A stretch of DNA of 50,087 nucleotides, taken from IMG/VR virus record IMGVR_UViG_2529292836_000016, one strand, 5' to 3'. This DNA is from a virus. Its lineage: Duplodnaviria > Heunggongvirae > Uroviricota > Caudoviricetes. Below, one piece after another: positions 9,255 to 18,917 of the stretch. Position numbers and translations under genes: made by a program. The number at the start of each line of letters is the position of its first letter. The stretch's first letter is position 1. Under the pieces are notes generated by a model that saw only the letters and a program-made list of their open reading frames with translations, was not told the origin of the DNA and did no database searches.

Positions 9255-11006
9255 ATGATTCAGGACGCTTTTGTGCGCCAGCGTGCGCGGCAACTTTACT
9301 GGCAGGGTTATCCGCCCGCAGAAATATCACGTCTGATGGGAATAAACCCGAACACGATTTATGCGTGGAAAAAACGCGACCAGTGGGATGAAACGCCACC
9401 CGTGCAGCGTGTCACGCAGTCCATCGATGCGCGCCTCATCCAGCTTACTGAAAAACAGAATAAAACAGGTGGTGACTTTAAGGAAATAGACCTGCTGACC
9501 CGGCAGCTTAAAAAACTGCATGATGGCCAGCCGGATGCGACGGCCACAGGAAAGAAAGGCCGGGCGAAAAAACTTAAAAATCATTTCACGCCGGAGCAGA
9601 TTGCCGCACTGCGGGAAAAAATCATCAGCAGGCTGGAGTGGCATCAGCGGGGCTGGTTTGACTCCCTGACCCTTTGCAGTGAAGCCGGGATACGTAACAG
9701 GATGATCCTGAAATCCCGACAGATTGGGGCGACCTGGTATTTTGCACAGGAAGCACTGCTGATGGCGCTGCGTGACGATGTGGCACAACCTTACCAGCGT
9801 AACCAGATTTTTTTGTCTGCGTCGCGTCGTCAGGCGTTCCAGTTTAAAAGCATTATTCAGAAGGCCGCGGCTGAAGTTGATGTGGAGCTGAAAGGGGGCG
9901 ATAAAATCATCCTCTCCAACGGCGCAGAACTGCATTTTCTCGGTACTTCTGCTGCGACGGCACAGTCCTACACAGGTAATTTTTATTTTGATGAATTTTT
10001 CTGGGTCAGTCGCTTTGCTGAACTGCGCAAGGTGGCTGGCGCTATGGCAACCCTCAGCGGACTGCGGCGCACCTACTTCTCCACGCCATCCACCGAAACG
10101 CACGAGGCATACGTCTATTGGAACGGCGACCGCTGGAACGAGAAAAAGGCCGCGCATAAACGCCAGCGTTTTTCTGTGGACTGGAAAACGCTGCATAACG
10201 GACTTATCTGCCCCGACCGGACGTGGCGGCAAATTGTCACGCTGGAAGATGTGGTTAATCACGGCTGGAAACACACCGATATTGATGAAATTCGTGATGA
10301 AAACACCGAAGACGAGTTCCGCAATCTCTATATGTGTGAGTTTGTCCGCGAAGGGGAATCGGCATTTAACCTGAATATCCTGATTGGCTGCGGTGTTGAT
10401 GGATACGACGACTGGAAAGACTGGAAACCTTTTGCTCCCCGCCCGATGGGGAATCGTCCGGTATGGATTGGGTATGACGCAAACGGCAGCAGTGGAAACG
10501 GCGACAGCGGCGCGGTGTCCGTGGTGGTTCCTCCGGCTGTTCCTGGTGGCCGTTTTCGAACGGTGGAGACGCGACGCGTTCAGGGGCTGGAGTTTGAAGA
10601 ACAGGCCAGAGTCATTGAAGAGTTCACGTGTCGCTACAACGTGGAACACATCGGCATTGATGCGACTGGCGGGCACGGGGATGCCGTTTATCAGATAGTG
10701 AAACGGTTTTTCCCTGCTGCTATTCCGTACACCTTCACGCTGTCATCAAAACGGTCGCTGGTACTGAAAATGCTGCAAATAATGCGTGCCGGGCGGTGGG
10801 AATACGATCGTGCCGAACGCGAGCTGGTCGCGGCCTTTAACGCCGTGCGTAAGGTGAAAACACCGGGCGGCTTTATCACTTACGAAACGGACCGAGCGAG
10901 GGGGATCAGCCACGGCGACCTTGCGTGGGCAACCATGCTTGCTGTCATTAATGAACCGATTGGCGGCGAAGGAGAAAACGAGCGTTTCACGGTTATGGAG
11001 TTCTGA
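9255..11006 (+). CDS. P: Terminase ATPase (large) subunit gpP-like
   Basis: 583 aa; P-Q translational coupling (ATGA overlap at 11003-11008). Confidence 0.85.
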   Translation: MIQDAFVRQRARQLYWQGYPPAEISRLMGINPNTIYAWKKRDQWDETPPVQRVTQSIDARLIQLTEKQNKTGGDFKEIDLLTRQLKKLHDGQPDATATGKKGRAKKLKNHFTPEQIAALREKIISRLEWHQRGWFDSLTLCSEAGIRNRMILKSRQIGATWYFAQEALLMALRDDVAQPYQRNQIFLSASRRQAFQFKSIIQKAAAEVDVELKGGDKIILSNGAELHFLGTSAATAQSYTGNFYFDEFFWVSRFAELRKVAGAMATLSGLRRTYFSTPSTETHEAYVYWNGDRWNEKKAAHKRQRFSVDWKTLHNGLICPDRTWRQIVTLEDVVNHGWKHTDIDEIRDENTEDEFRNLYMCEFVREGESAFNLNILIGCGVDGYDDWKDWKPFAPRPMGNRPVWIGYDANGSSGNGDSGAVSVVVPPAVPGGRFRTVETRRVQGLEFEEQARVIEEFTCRYNVEHIGIDATGGHGDAVYQIVKRFFPAAIPYTFTLSSKRSLVLKMLQIMRAGRWEYDRAERELVAAFNAVRKVKTPGGFITYETDRARGISHGDLAWATMLAVINEPIGGEGENERFTVMEF

Positions 11007-12052
11007 TGAGCAGAAAAAATAAAAAAGTGCGCATGAGTTCACGCATTGATCTCGCTGATGCGCTCAGGAAAGAATCATCGCTCAGTGCATTCACATTTGA
11101 TGGTCCTTATCGCCTGACCGGGCATGACCTGCTGGACAATATGTACTGTGCTGATAACGGGCGGTGGTATGAAACCCCGGTGGACTGGTACGGTCTGGCA
11201 AGAGCTGCCCGGCAAACGTCCTGGCATCAGTCTGCGCTTTACTTTAAGCGCAATGTATTGCTCGGCTGCTATATTCCGCACCCGCTGCTTTCCCGGCAGG
11301 ATTTCTCGGCGCTGGCGCTGGACTGGTTTGTGTTCGGTAACGCATTCCTTGAGCTTCGGAGCAATATGCTCGGCGAACCGCTTAAATTACGGCACGCCCT
11401 GGCGAAATACATGCGACGCGGAAGCGATCTTGAATCATGGTGGTATGTGCAGGATGGCAAGGACGCGTTTCAGTTTCGTCCTGGCAAAGTGTGCCACCTG
11501 ATGAATCCGGATATTAACCAGGAAATCTACGGCATGCCGGAATATCTTGGCGCATTACTCTCGGCCAGCCTTTCTCATTCGGCGGACATGTTCAGAAAAC
11601 TGTACTACGACAACGGATCCCACGCCGGGTGCATCATCTACATCGGTGCAGCGCAGGTAAACCGCGAAAGCATGGACTCCCTGAAAGAAACGCTACAGGG
11701 GGCACGTGGTGGTGGTGCGTTTAAAAACGTGCTCATTCATGCGCCCAACGGGGGCAAAGAGGGGGTGCAAATTTTGCCGTTCCAGCAGATCACCGCAAAG
11801 GATGAGTTCATGAATGTTAAGGCGGCATCCCGTGATGATGTGCTGGCTGCGCACCGCGTTCCGCCGCAACTGATGGGGGCGATGCCGGGCGAAAAAAGTG
11901 CGTTTGGTGATGTGGAGAAGGCCGCGCGGGTTTACGCAATTAACGAGCTGATGCCCGTCATGGAGGCCATGAAGCACATCAATGACTGGCTTGGCGAAGA
12001 GGTGATCCGCTTTAACCCTTACGCACTGTTAGATACCCAGCCCACATCCTGA
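11006..12052 (+). CDS. Q: Portal vertex protein gpQ-like
   Basis: 348 aa; follows P; matches P2 Q in length and position. Confidence 0.85.
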   Translation: MSRKNKKVRMSSRIDLADALRKESSLSAFTFDGPYRLTGHDLLDNMYCADNGRWYETPVDWYGLARAARQTSWHQSALYFKRNVLLGCYIPHPLLSRQDFSALALDWFVFGNAFLELRSNMLGEPLKLRHALAKYMRRGSDLESWWYVQDGKDAFQFRPGKVCHLMNPDINQEIYGMPEYLGALLSASLSHSADMFRKLYYDNGSHAGCIIYIGAAQVNRESMDSLKETLQGARGGGAFKNVLIHAPNGGKEGVQILPFQQITAKDEFMNVKAASRDDVLAAHRVPPQLMGAMPGEKSAFGDVEKAARVYAINELMPVMEAMKHINDWLGEEVIRFNPYALLDTQPTS

Positions 12053-12662
12053 CGCGCTTCGCTTGTCTGCTGCTTCGCCGGGGCATAAAAAATTTATGCC
12101 CCGACTCTCCAGCTCCTGTATCAGTCAGATAATTTCACGACGCTTTCCTGCTTATTGCCATCATCGACGGTCAGATTCTTACGCAATCCCACTGCGCTGA
12201 CTGCATGTTCTCGCCGCCTCAGTGCGATTTTGACGGCCTTACCTTTCACCCCATCAAACCAGAATCCCTCACGTATTTTTCACGCTCAGCGTGAGAAATA
12301 CGGCCATTCTGTCGTGTCGCTGCGACATCGTTAAGGGAACGCTATTTACCCCCTGAAACGCGGGCTGTTCCCCCGTCCCCTGCGCGCAGAAAAAACGCGT
12401 TTTTTTGTGCACGCACGGATCCCTGACGGATCCAGCCGCCACGCGGGCCGGAAGGGCAAAAAGTCCTTCAAAAAAATTGTGCAAATTTGTGCACTATTGT
12501 GCAGTAGAGCGATACATGATTTTCGCCTTTATTTCAGTGTGTTCAGGTGGTCATTCTCAATACCCATTTGGTGAGAGACAGGAATAAAAATGATCTTTAT
12601 CAGTAGGTTATGTGTGTGATTAAATTAGATGCAGCACGTTTAGTCCCCAGAACCCAAGACCA
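12053..12662. other. Q-proximal noncoding region, probable cos/packaging region and cargo boundary
   Basis: In P2, cos lies just beyond the 3' end of Q. Region has a 25-bp palindrome (12079-12103), an imperfect palindrome (about 12276-12306), AAAAAACGCGTTTTTT (about 12390-12408) and three TTGTGCA repeats (about 12475-12505). No canonical P2 cos 19-mer recognised. Confidence 0.3.
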
Positions 12663-13469
12663 ATGAAAGATAACAATCAGAAAAAAATGATATGGCATGT
12701 TGCCTGTGATGAATCTGGCGTTGATGGGCAGCCATTCTACGGATTTGGGAGTCTCTGGATGAGCTATCAGAGGCGCGCTGAACTCACTCGCATGGTACAG
12801 GATTTGAGAAAAAAGCATGGATGCAGTGATGAGCTCAAATGGCAGAAAGCACATTCAAAGCGTAATGCAGCTTTTTATAGCGACGTCATTGATGTGTTTT
12901 TTAGGCACAACTGGATGGCTTTTCACTGTATTATTGTTGAGAAGTCTAAAGTAGAAAAATCATATCATGGTGGGGATTATGATCTTGCAATGCGTAAGCA
13001 TTTTTGCAAGCTTATTGAAACCAAAATAGGTAACGTGATCCAAAGGTGGCCTCATGCGGAATGTGAGTTCCTTATAGAAGTTGATCCCCTGCCATCTCGT
13101 TACAAAAAAGCCGATGAAGAGTTTCACATAATTGCCAACCATTCTCTGGCCCGAAAATATGGGCGCAAGGACATAATTAAACTAGTTGAAACAAAAGACT
13201 CAAAAACATCGGAACATATTCAGCTTGTCGATTTTTTATTAGGGGCTGTAATGTGTGCATATCAAAGGAAAGCCACTTCTCCAGCGAAACTGGCTATGGC
13301 AGAGAAAATCGCTTCTTATCTTGGGTGGGAATCATTACGGCACGATACCTGGCCGACAGAACGAAAATTCAATATCTGGTTGTTTTTTGATAAAAAGAAG
13401 GGGCCAAGAGATATTGAAACGAAAGAGGTTAATTTGCGATATAAATTACCCCCTTTGCGTAAAAAATAG
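12663..13469 (+). CDS. DUF3800-like protein (cargo at the P2 old/tin-equivalent locus)
   Basis: 268 aa; N-terminal 'IWHVACDESGVDGQP' resembles the DUF3800 D-E-S-G signature; markedly lower GC than flanking phage genes; convergent with parMR. Confidence 0.5.
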   Translation: MKDNNQKKMIWHVACDESGVDGQPFYGFGSLWMSYQRRAELTRMVQDLRKKHGCSDELKWQKAHSKRNAAFYSDVIDVFFRHNWMAFHCIIVEKSKVEKSYHGGDYDLAMRKHFCKLIETKIGNVIQRWPHAECEFLIEVDPLPSRYKKADEEFHIIANHSLARKYGRKDIIKLVETKDSKTSEHIQLVDFLLGAVMCAYQRKATSPAKLAMAEKIASYLGWESLRHDTWPTERKFNIWLFFDKKKGPRDIETKEVNLRYKLPPLRKK

Positions 13470-13700
13470 CGCCAACCTCTCAGCTGGCGTGGTTGGAGTC
13501 CCAGTCTGACGACGAAGTTACCAACTAGGCGGTATCAACTTTTGGGGGGCCGCCTCTAAATCCCCAAAACCTTGAAATCTGCGTAAAACATAACGTTGAA
13601 AACGTTTAAATTCAATAAATTTTTCTGTGAATCGGGGCGTCTATATCTGCCCCTCTTAAGTTTAGCTTCACTTCCCCTGGGGATGCTTCACCGTATTGCC

Positions 13701-14012
13701 TTATTCGGGGAATAACGCCCTGATATTTCCGGCCATCTGACTGGTTATCTGTGCGGTTGGTACTGGCTGTGACACGGGGCGTTCTGTCCTGGTTTGTGTC
13801 ACGGATAACGCCTCATCGTCAGCCCATGCAGCTAGTCGGTAAGCCTCTGCTGGATTCATTTTCAGAAGTGCCAGCCCAGCCAGAAAAGCCACGCGTTGGC
13901 CGCTTTTGCGGGCTTCTGGTGTAAGGCTGTCCAGCCAGGCGCATGCTTCGCTTTCGTTCTTGACGGCCGCAGGCTTCAGATAGAAACTTATCCGTCTGGT
14001 TGGTGTCGTCAT
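13701..14012 (-). CDS. parR: ParR-like partition adaptor
   Basis: Trimmed to 'MTTPTRRISFYLKPAAVKNESEACAWLDSLTPEARKSGQRVAFLAGLALL...', resembling plasmid R1 ParR N-terminal RHH region; immediately downstream of parM. Start uncertain. Confidence 0.55.
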   Translation of the reverse strand: MTTPTRRISFYLKPAAVKNESEACAWLDSLTPEARKSGQRVAFLAGLALLKMNPAEAYRLAAWADDEALSVTQTRTERPVSQPVPTAQITSQMAGNIRALFPE

Positions 14013-14016
14013 TGGT

Positions 14017-14976
14017 TTACTCCTTGTCCATTGCGTACAGCCCATTAACCAGAGCAAACTGTGGCACCCCGTCCGCGATGAAAGTCGCATTAACTCCGCA
14101 GGCTTCGCGGATAGCGGGTGCCACAATCTCCGCCCCTCCACCGACAACCATCACCCGCCCGTAACCGGAAAAACCCGCCAGCGCGCGGATCACTCGTTGT
14201 TTCAGTGTCTCCTCCTTTTCACGAATAACCGCCATCAGGCTGTTGTAATGCGCGTCATTGTGAATGTGCTGGCGCAGCCAGGCTTCATCGTGACGGTGCT
14301 CAATAATGGTATTGGCGATGTGGTGACTGGTACGCATACCGTTAGTGGCCATCACCGACAGTACGGCATCGGCCATCAGGGAAACGCCTACGTGTGGATC
14401 GCAAAACACCTGGCTGATACCTGCCAGTTGTCCCTGAACCTTTGCCACATCCAGCGTGGTTCCGCCTAAATCCACAATCAGCAGGGATTCAAACGGACTC
14501 ATGTCAGCCAGTGCCTTAAAGCCAGCCGGAATGGATTCAGGCATAACCCGTACATTACGGATAGTGAATGCTTCGCCGTTCTGGTATTCCACCGGGCGCA
14601 TAACGTTCGCTTTTTTGCGGTTGATGTTGGCCATGTCCGGCTGTGCGTTTGTGTCGAAATACTCGCTCAGTGGCAGGGTGACAACCACATCCACCTCCTG
14701 TGGCGTGATGCCTGATTTGACCAGCGCGTGATGAATGGCAATGACATTCACATCACTGTACTGATATTGCGTGTCAGTCGTCTGGACAAAGCGATCGCTG
14801 ACCGGATCAAAACCATAGCGCACGCTATCAAGCATGTAGTTCGCGGGCTGCGTGCCACCGAACGGCGCAGACCATTCCGACTTGAAGCTGTTCGGGCTGA
14901 TGGCGTTGCGGCGTTCGCCGTTCTCAGTCCATGCCAGCTTGATGTTGGTGGAGCCGTCGTCGATACAAATTTTCAT
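14017..14976 (-). CDS. parM: ParM/StbA-family actin-like segregation ATPase
   Basis: 319 aa; 'ICIDDGSTNIKLAW', 'YSDVNVIAIHHAL', 'VMPESIPAG', 'LIVDLGGTTLD', 'VMVVGGGAE' match ParM (plasmid R1) motifs throughout. Confidence 0.85.
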   Translation of the reverse strand: MKICIDDGSTNIKLAWTENGERRNAISPNSFKSEWSAPFGGTQPANYMLDSVRYGFDPVSDRFVQTTDTQYQYSDVNVIAIHHALVKSGITPQEVDVVVTLPLSEYFDTNAQPDMANINRKKANVMRPVEYQNGEAFTIRNVRVMPESIPAGFKALADMSPFESLLIVDLGGTTLDVAKVQGQLAGISQVFCDPHVGVSLMADAVLSVMATNGMRTSHHIANTIIEHRHDEAWLRQHIHNDAHYNSLMAVIREKEETLKQRVIRALAGFSGYGRVMVVGGGAEIVAPAIREACGVNATFIADGVPQFALVNGLYAMDKE

Positions 14977-15004
14977 GTCGATTTTCCTTATGTTGATTAA
15001 TTAA

Positions 15005-15118
15005 TCGTTTACGGGATTTTTAAATCCCGTTTTCGCCTGTTTTGTGCGCGCTTCATATATCGCGGCGCGTTTTTTGCTCATTTACGGGATTTGTGAATCC
15101 CGTTTCTGTCTGTTTTTT
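15005..15118. repeat. Two copies of an about 38-bp direct repeat, each with a TTACGGGATTT/AAATCCCGT palindrome
   Basis: Copy 1 about 15007-15045, copy 2 about 15078-15116; located at the parM 5' flank and gene A 3' end. Confidence 0.5.
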
Positions 15119-17875
15119 GTTTCTACTGGTCAGGCCACCCCGCAGCAGGTCTGCTTTGCGGCGGGCGCGTTCAGTTGTTTCACTGATTCTCTGTGCGTGC
15201 TCTGCGTCACGAATGGCGCGCAGCATGTCAGAAAGCACGGTAACGGGGGTTTTCATGGTGTTCTGGTCCTGCTGAAGTGTGGATGCCAGACGTGCGGCGG
15301 CTTCGGGGTCTGATGCCCCCAGCTGTTCCAGATAGCTGGCGACCGGGTTATGGCGGATCTCCGTGCTGCTTACGCCGTGATTACGGCTCAGGTGCTGCCA
15401 GAGCTGCGTGATTCGGCTGTCCGGGCGGGTATCCGGTTTGCGTACAATTTCAAATCCCTGTGGTGCAATGATGCTGCCGTCAACGTACAGGCTGCCGCCC
15501 CGTAACAGGTGCTGCATCTGCTGTTCACCGATATGCAGGCCGAGAGATTCGGCAGATTCCCGCCATTCTTTAGCGAGTAATTCGTGGTTATCAGGCAAAG
15601 GCCGTGGCTGTTTGCGGCTCTGTGTCCAGTTCTGCATTTCATCACTGCTGTTTTTTGCCTGCTTGTCACGCAGCGAACGCATCAGCGCCCGGCGTTCGTG
15701 CCGTTTCAGTGAGCGCATCCATTCGTTCACTTCAACGCCGTCAGGGAGCTGCGGCCACGGTGCTGGCCGTTCTTCCGGCTGTTCTGTCCCGTTGTTGCCT
15801 GTTTCCTGTACACGGGGACAGTTATTGCCACGAGTCCAAGGGGCGGCAGGGCCGCCCTGAAGGTCAAAACCATTTTCGCGGGCGCTGTCTTCCGCTTCCG
15901 GTTTGCGTCTTACCAGCTTCCAGTTATCCGGATGCGTGCACACACGGGAGGATTCCCCGATGAGTGGTGACCAGATCCCGTAAATCTGTACGCTCTGTTC
16001 GCCGTAATCGTTCAGCTCATCTGCGAGGTCGTAGGCGGTGCGAATCAGGTAGTCTTGGCGTGGAACAAGTACGCCGCCCTGTTTCTCTATGTAGGAGGCA
16101 AAACACCCGGCATCAGCGGCAGCGAGCACTGCATCCATTGCGTCATCCTTCAGCCGTTGCGGGCCTTCCGGGTTGCGTGCCATCTGGCTGGCAAGGCGGC
16201 GCAGTTCACGCCACACCTGACGGGAGGGGATGCCAAAGAACTGGAACTGGCGGACCCGGTGAAGGCGCGCCCAGCCGATGGCGCGCTCCACGCTCTCGGC
16301 CATTGATTTTCCGGTTTCGTGGTCAACGCGTGGCTTGCCCGTTTTCGGGTCGATACCATCCACGGCGCGGCTGTCCAGGTTCTTTCCGATGTAGGTGGCG
16401 ATGTAGCTGGTCGGTGTGCCTTTTGAGCCGTCGACGTACTCTGCCTTAAAGCGTGGGGTAATATCATCACCCAGCTCGTGACGATCTTCCTGAATGGCAA
16501 TATCGCGGGTGTGGGACACAATGGTGTCGATTTCTTCCGGATGAGCAAAGACCATCATATGCCAGTGCACGGTGCCGTCATGGTGAGGCTCCACCGTGCG
16601 GATGCCATACCAGCGCAGGCCGTCGCGGTTCAGTTTCTTGCGGACCGCCGCAAAAAACGAGTTAACCAGGTAATCGCTGGAGTCGCGCATAGTGGCCCCG
16701 TTCCATTTGGGATTCGGATGACCGTTCTCCGTTGTTGCGTGGTACTTCGAAGGGGTGGTGACAGTCAGAAACACCGCTCTGTCGCCACGGGCTTCGGCCA
16801 GAAGTTCCAGCCCCTTCATGGTGGCCATCATTTCTGCCTTACGGTGAACCGGGTTACTTACTCCCGCGTAATACACTGTCTCAAGATCAATCGTGAACCC
16901 GTCTTCGTTTTCCAGCATGAAACTTTTCAGGAAATCGCGTGTTTTCTCGCGCTGTGCGCGAAACTCGCTTAACGCATCCTGGCTCAGATAGGGCGATGTT
17001 TTTCTGGAAACCAGACAGGCGGCGCGGAGTTGTTCTTCTCTCCACTCGCAACGTAACAGCCACAGTTTGCGTTTCCACCATTCCGCACAGGTCAGGCGAA
17101 GGATTGCGCCCGGCAGCAGCTCCGTGTCTGGTTCGTTCCTCCGGCCTTTGTCTGTTGTCAGTGCGTCATAATGCGGAGGCATGGCGTGCAGGTGTAACGC
17201 CATGCGGGCCAGCATCTGATACGCCTTCAGCGTTACATCCATGGTCAGCTCGCCATCAGTCGCACCAAAGCCATCGCAGAGTTTTTCGAAGGTGCTGCTG
17301 AACATCGCCGCCGTCATGGTGGCCAGCGTCTGTATCTGGTGTTTGTTGAGCTGCGGCAGGTAAAGCAAATCGTCCAGGCGTTCGCGTCCGGCAAGGGAGC
17401 GATAACCCGGTGTCAGCCAGTGTCCGTCAGTGCGATCCAGACGTTCGAATATTTTGCGCAGGGTTCCGCGTGCATAGCGTTCTGCCTGCCAGCTCTTTTT
17501 GCCTTTCCGGCGATCGACTTCCTGTTTTTTGCGCAGGAAGGAGAGGTGGCGAATAAGCGGATCGCGCAGATAGGACGGCAGCAGGCGCAGCGAGGCCATG
17601 GCTTCATCCACCGCGCCGCGTGCCTGTCTTCTGGCGTCTCCTGCCAGCGTGATGGTTTTGTCCTGTTTTTCCTGTGCGTCCAGGCTTTTATTAATCAGGT
17701 TGCCCAGTGGCGTGGCAGAGAACGCCGCATCAGCCTTTTCCTGTCGGCGCTCGTTCTCTGCCTGGTAGGCATCCAGCCAGGAGGAAAGCGCGGATTCAGG
17801 TGCGGGGATCCCCGTTCCTTCACGCCCCACTGCGTGGCGCGGTTGTTGCCAGTCCCTGATGTACTCTGTCGTCAT
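15053..17875 (-). CDS. A: Replication initiation endonuclease gpA-like (rolling-circle Rep)
   Basis: 940-aa ORF (true start may be internal); 'VEPHHDGTVHWHMMVF' HUH-type motif and 'YIATYIGKN' tyrosine motif typical of P2 A family. Confidence 0.8.
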   Translation of the reverse strand: MTTEYIRDWQQPRHAVGREGTGIPAPESALSSWLDAYQAENERRQEKADAAFSATPLGNLINKSLDAQEKQDKTITLAGDARRQARGAVDEAMASLRLLPSYLRDPLIRHLSFLRKKQEVDRRKGKKSWQAERYARGTLRKIFERLDRTDGHWLTPGYRSLAGRERLDDLLYLPQLNKHQIQTLATMTAAMFSSTFEKLCDGFGATDGELTMDVTLKAYQMLARMALHLHAMPPHYDALTTDKGRRNEPDTELLPGAILRLTCAEWWKRKLWLLRCEWREEQLRAACLVSRKTSPYLSQDALSEFRAQREKTRDFLKSFMLENEDGFTIDLETVYYAGVSNPVHRKAEMMATMKGLELLAEARGDRAVFLTVTTPSKYHATTENGHPNPKWNGATMRDSSDYLVNSFFAAVRKKLNRDGLRWYGIRTVEPHHDGTVHWHMMVFAHPEEIDTIVSHTRDIAIQEDRHELGDDITPRFKAEYVDGSKGTPTSYIATYIGKNLDSRAVDGIDPKTGKPRVDHETGKSMAESVERAIGWARLHRVRQFQFFGIPSRQVWRELRRLASQMARNPEGPQRLKDDAMDAVLAAADAGCFASYIEKQGGVLVPRQDYLIRTAYDLADELNDYGEQSVQIYGIWSPLIGESSRVCTHPDNWKLVRRKPEAEDSARENGFDLQGGPAAPWTRGNNCPRVQETGNNGTEQPEERPAPWPQLPDGVEVNEWMRSLKRHERRALMRSLRDKQAKNSSDEMQNWTQSRKQPRPLPDNHELLAKEWRESAESLGLHIGEQQMQHLLRGGSLYVDGSIIAPQGFEIVRKPDTRPDSRITQLWQHLSRNHGVSSTEIRHNPVASYLEQLGASDPEAAARLASTLQQDQNTMKTPVTVLSDMLRAIRDAEHAQRISETTERARRKADLLRGGLTSRNKKQTETGFTNPVNEQKTRRDI

Positions 17876-17881
17876 ACTGAT

Positions 17882-18247
17882 TTACTGCGTCATACCGTTC
17901 AGGGTGTCACGGCAAACGGCAGCCAGCCGCTGAATTTCCAGCACGGTGTCTTCTGTGTCGGCATAGCGATGTGTGATGCGGATGCTGTCGGCAATCACAT
18001 CGACGATTGCAGAGGATGGGCGCTGGTAAATGCCAATAACGGACGGAGTGCCACCTTCAATGCGGTAAAGCCTGTAATTTCCCTCGTGGCTGTCAATCAT
18101 GTAGCGACCATCAATAACAATCTTTCCGTCAGCGAGCTGCGGTACAGGCAGGGATTTCAGGTACATGTCATAACGTTCACGCACGCGAACGGCAAGATCA
18201 CGCTCTGTGTTGAGCAGGTATTCAAGAAAGTCGTTGGCGAGAATCAT
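17882..18247 (-). CDS. Hypothetical early-operon protein
   Basis: 121-aa ORF ending 6 nt before gene A start. Confidence 0.5.
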   Translation of the reverse strand: MILANDFLEYLLNTERDLAVRVRERYDMYLKSLPVPQLADGKIVIDGRYMIDSHEGNYRLYRIEGGTPSVIGIYQRPSSAIVDVIADSIRITHRYADTEDTVLEIQRLAAVCRDTLNGMTQ

Positions 18248-18319
18248 TGCGGCAATCCTCTTGTTACAGATGTGCGAAGGCCTCCTGCCGCAAGGTGCAG
18301 GAAAGGCCCGGAACAGGAA

Positions 18320-18550
18320 TTAATGGAGTTTGTTTTGCTGCTGGATGAGCTGCTGAAGCTCGCGCAGATCATCCGCCAGATAACTGAAAACAGCGGATGA
18401 GTAGAGGTTTGAAAGTTCGCAGCTACGCTCATGCAGCATATTGATGTGCATGATTTTAGCGACGCGGAATGCGCGGGAAAGTCTGCGGTTGATTTCAGTC
18501 TGGATGTGACGACGCTCCGCGATAGCGCGGTGCTGTTTGCGGTTTGCCAT
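18320..18550 (-). CDS. Hypothetical small basic protein
   Basis: 76-aa ORF with ATG start (MANRKQHRAIAERRH...). Confidence 0.4.
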   Translation of the reverse strand: MANRKQHRAIAERRHIQTEINRRLSRAFRVAKIMHINMLHERSCELSNLYSSAVFSYLADDLRELQQLIQQQNKLH

Positions 18551-18717
18551 GGTGTGGCCTCTTTGGTTGTAAGTTTTGAAAACTCACCATCCAGAGCTGC
18601 GAAACTGTGGGTGGCGAGACGTACGGGGTTCGCAGTACCGGCAACCAAAGAACCCGGCCCGACCGAAGTCGGCCCCGTACGCCCCGCCATAATTCTGACG
18701 CGAAAAAAACGTGGCAA

Positions 18718-18745
18718 TACAGTACGCACAAAAAAACCGCTGGCG
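18718..18745 (-). terminator. Putative intrinsic terminator downstream of the SPFH cassette
   Basis: Stem aaccgc/gcggtt preceded on plus strand by an A-run (U-tract on minus strand); a second hairpin ccggccag...ctggccgg lies at about 18886-18912. Confidence 0.4.
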
Positions 18746-18917
18746 CGGTTGTGCGCTTTGGTTGTCAGCAGGCTGCGAAACCCGGCACCCGTTTTATGAG
18801 GTGCAGCGAAAATGTAACCTGACTGATTGCGGCATGGCAAGCGGTTTTTTTGTGAGAACGGCATACTAAAAAATCCTGATACTGCTCCGGCCAGCGGTTT
18901 GCACTGGCCGGGTGTCA

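Noticed and set aside
9327-10676. 449-aa minus-strand ORF
   Set aside because: Lies entirely antisense within the terminase large-subunit gene, which has clear synteny; typical GC-rich shadow ORF.
12079-12103. Palindrome downstream of Q as a rho-independent terminator
   Set aside because: Perfect 11-bp arms but no U-tract on either strand; more likely a protein-binding or packaging-related site.
12053-12662. Canonical P2 cos 19-mer
   Set aside because: I could not find the sequence I remember for P2/186 cohesive ends; the region is called only as a probable cos-side intergenic region.
17339-18400. 353-aa plus-strand ORF
   Set aside because: Antisense to gene A and adjacent early genes; no support.
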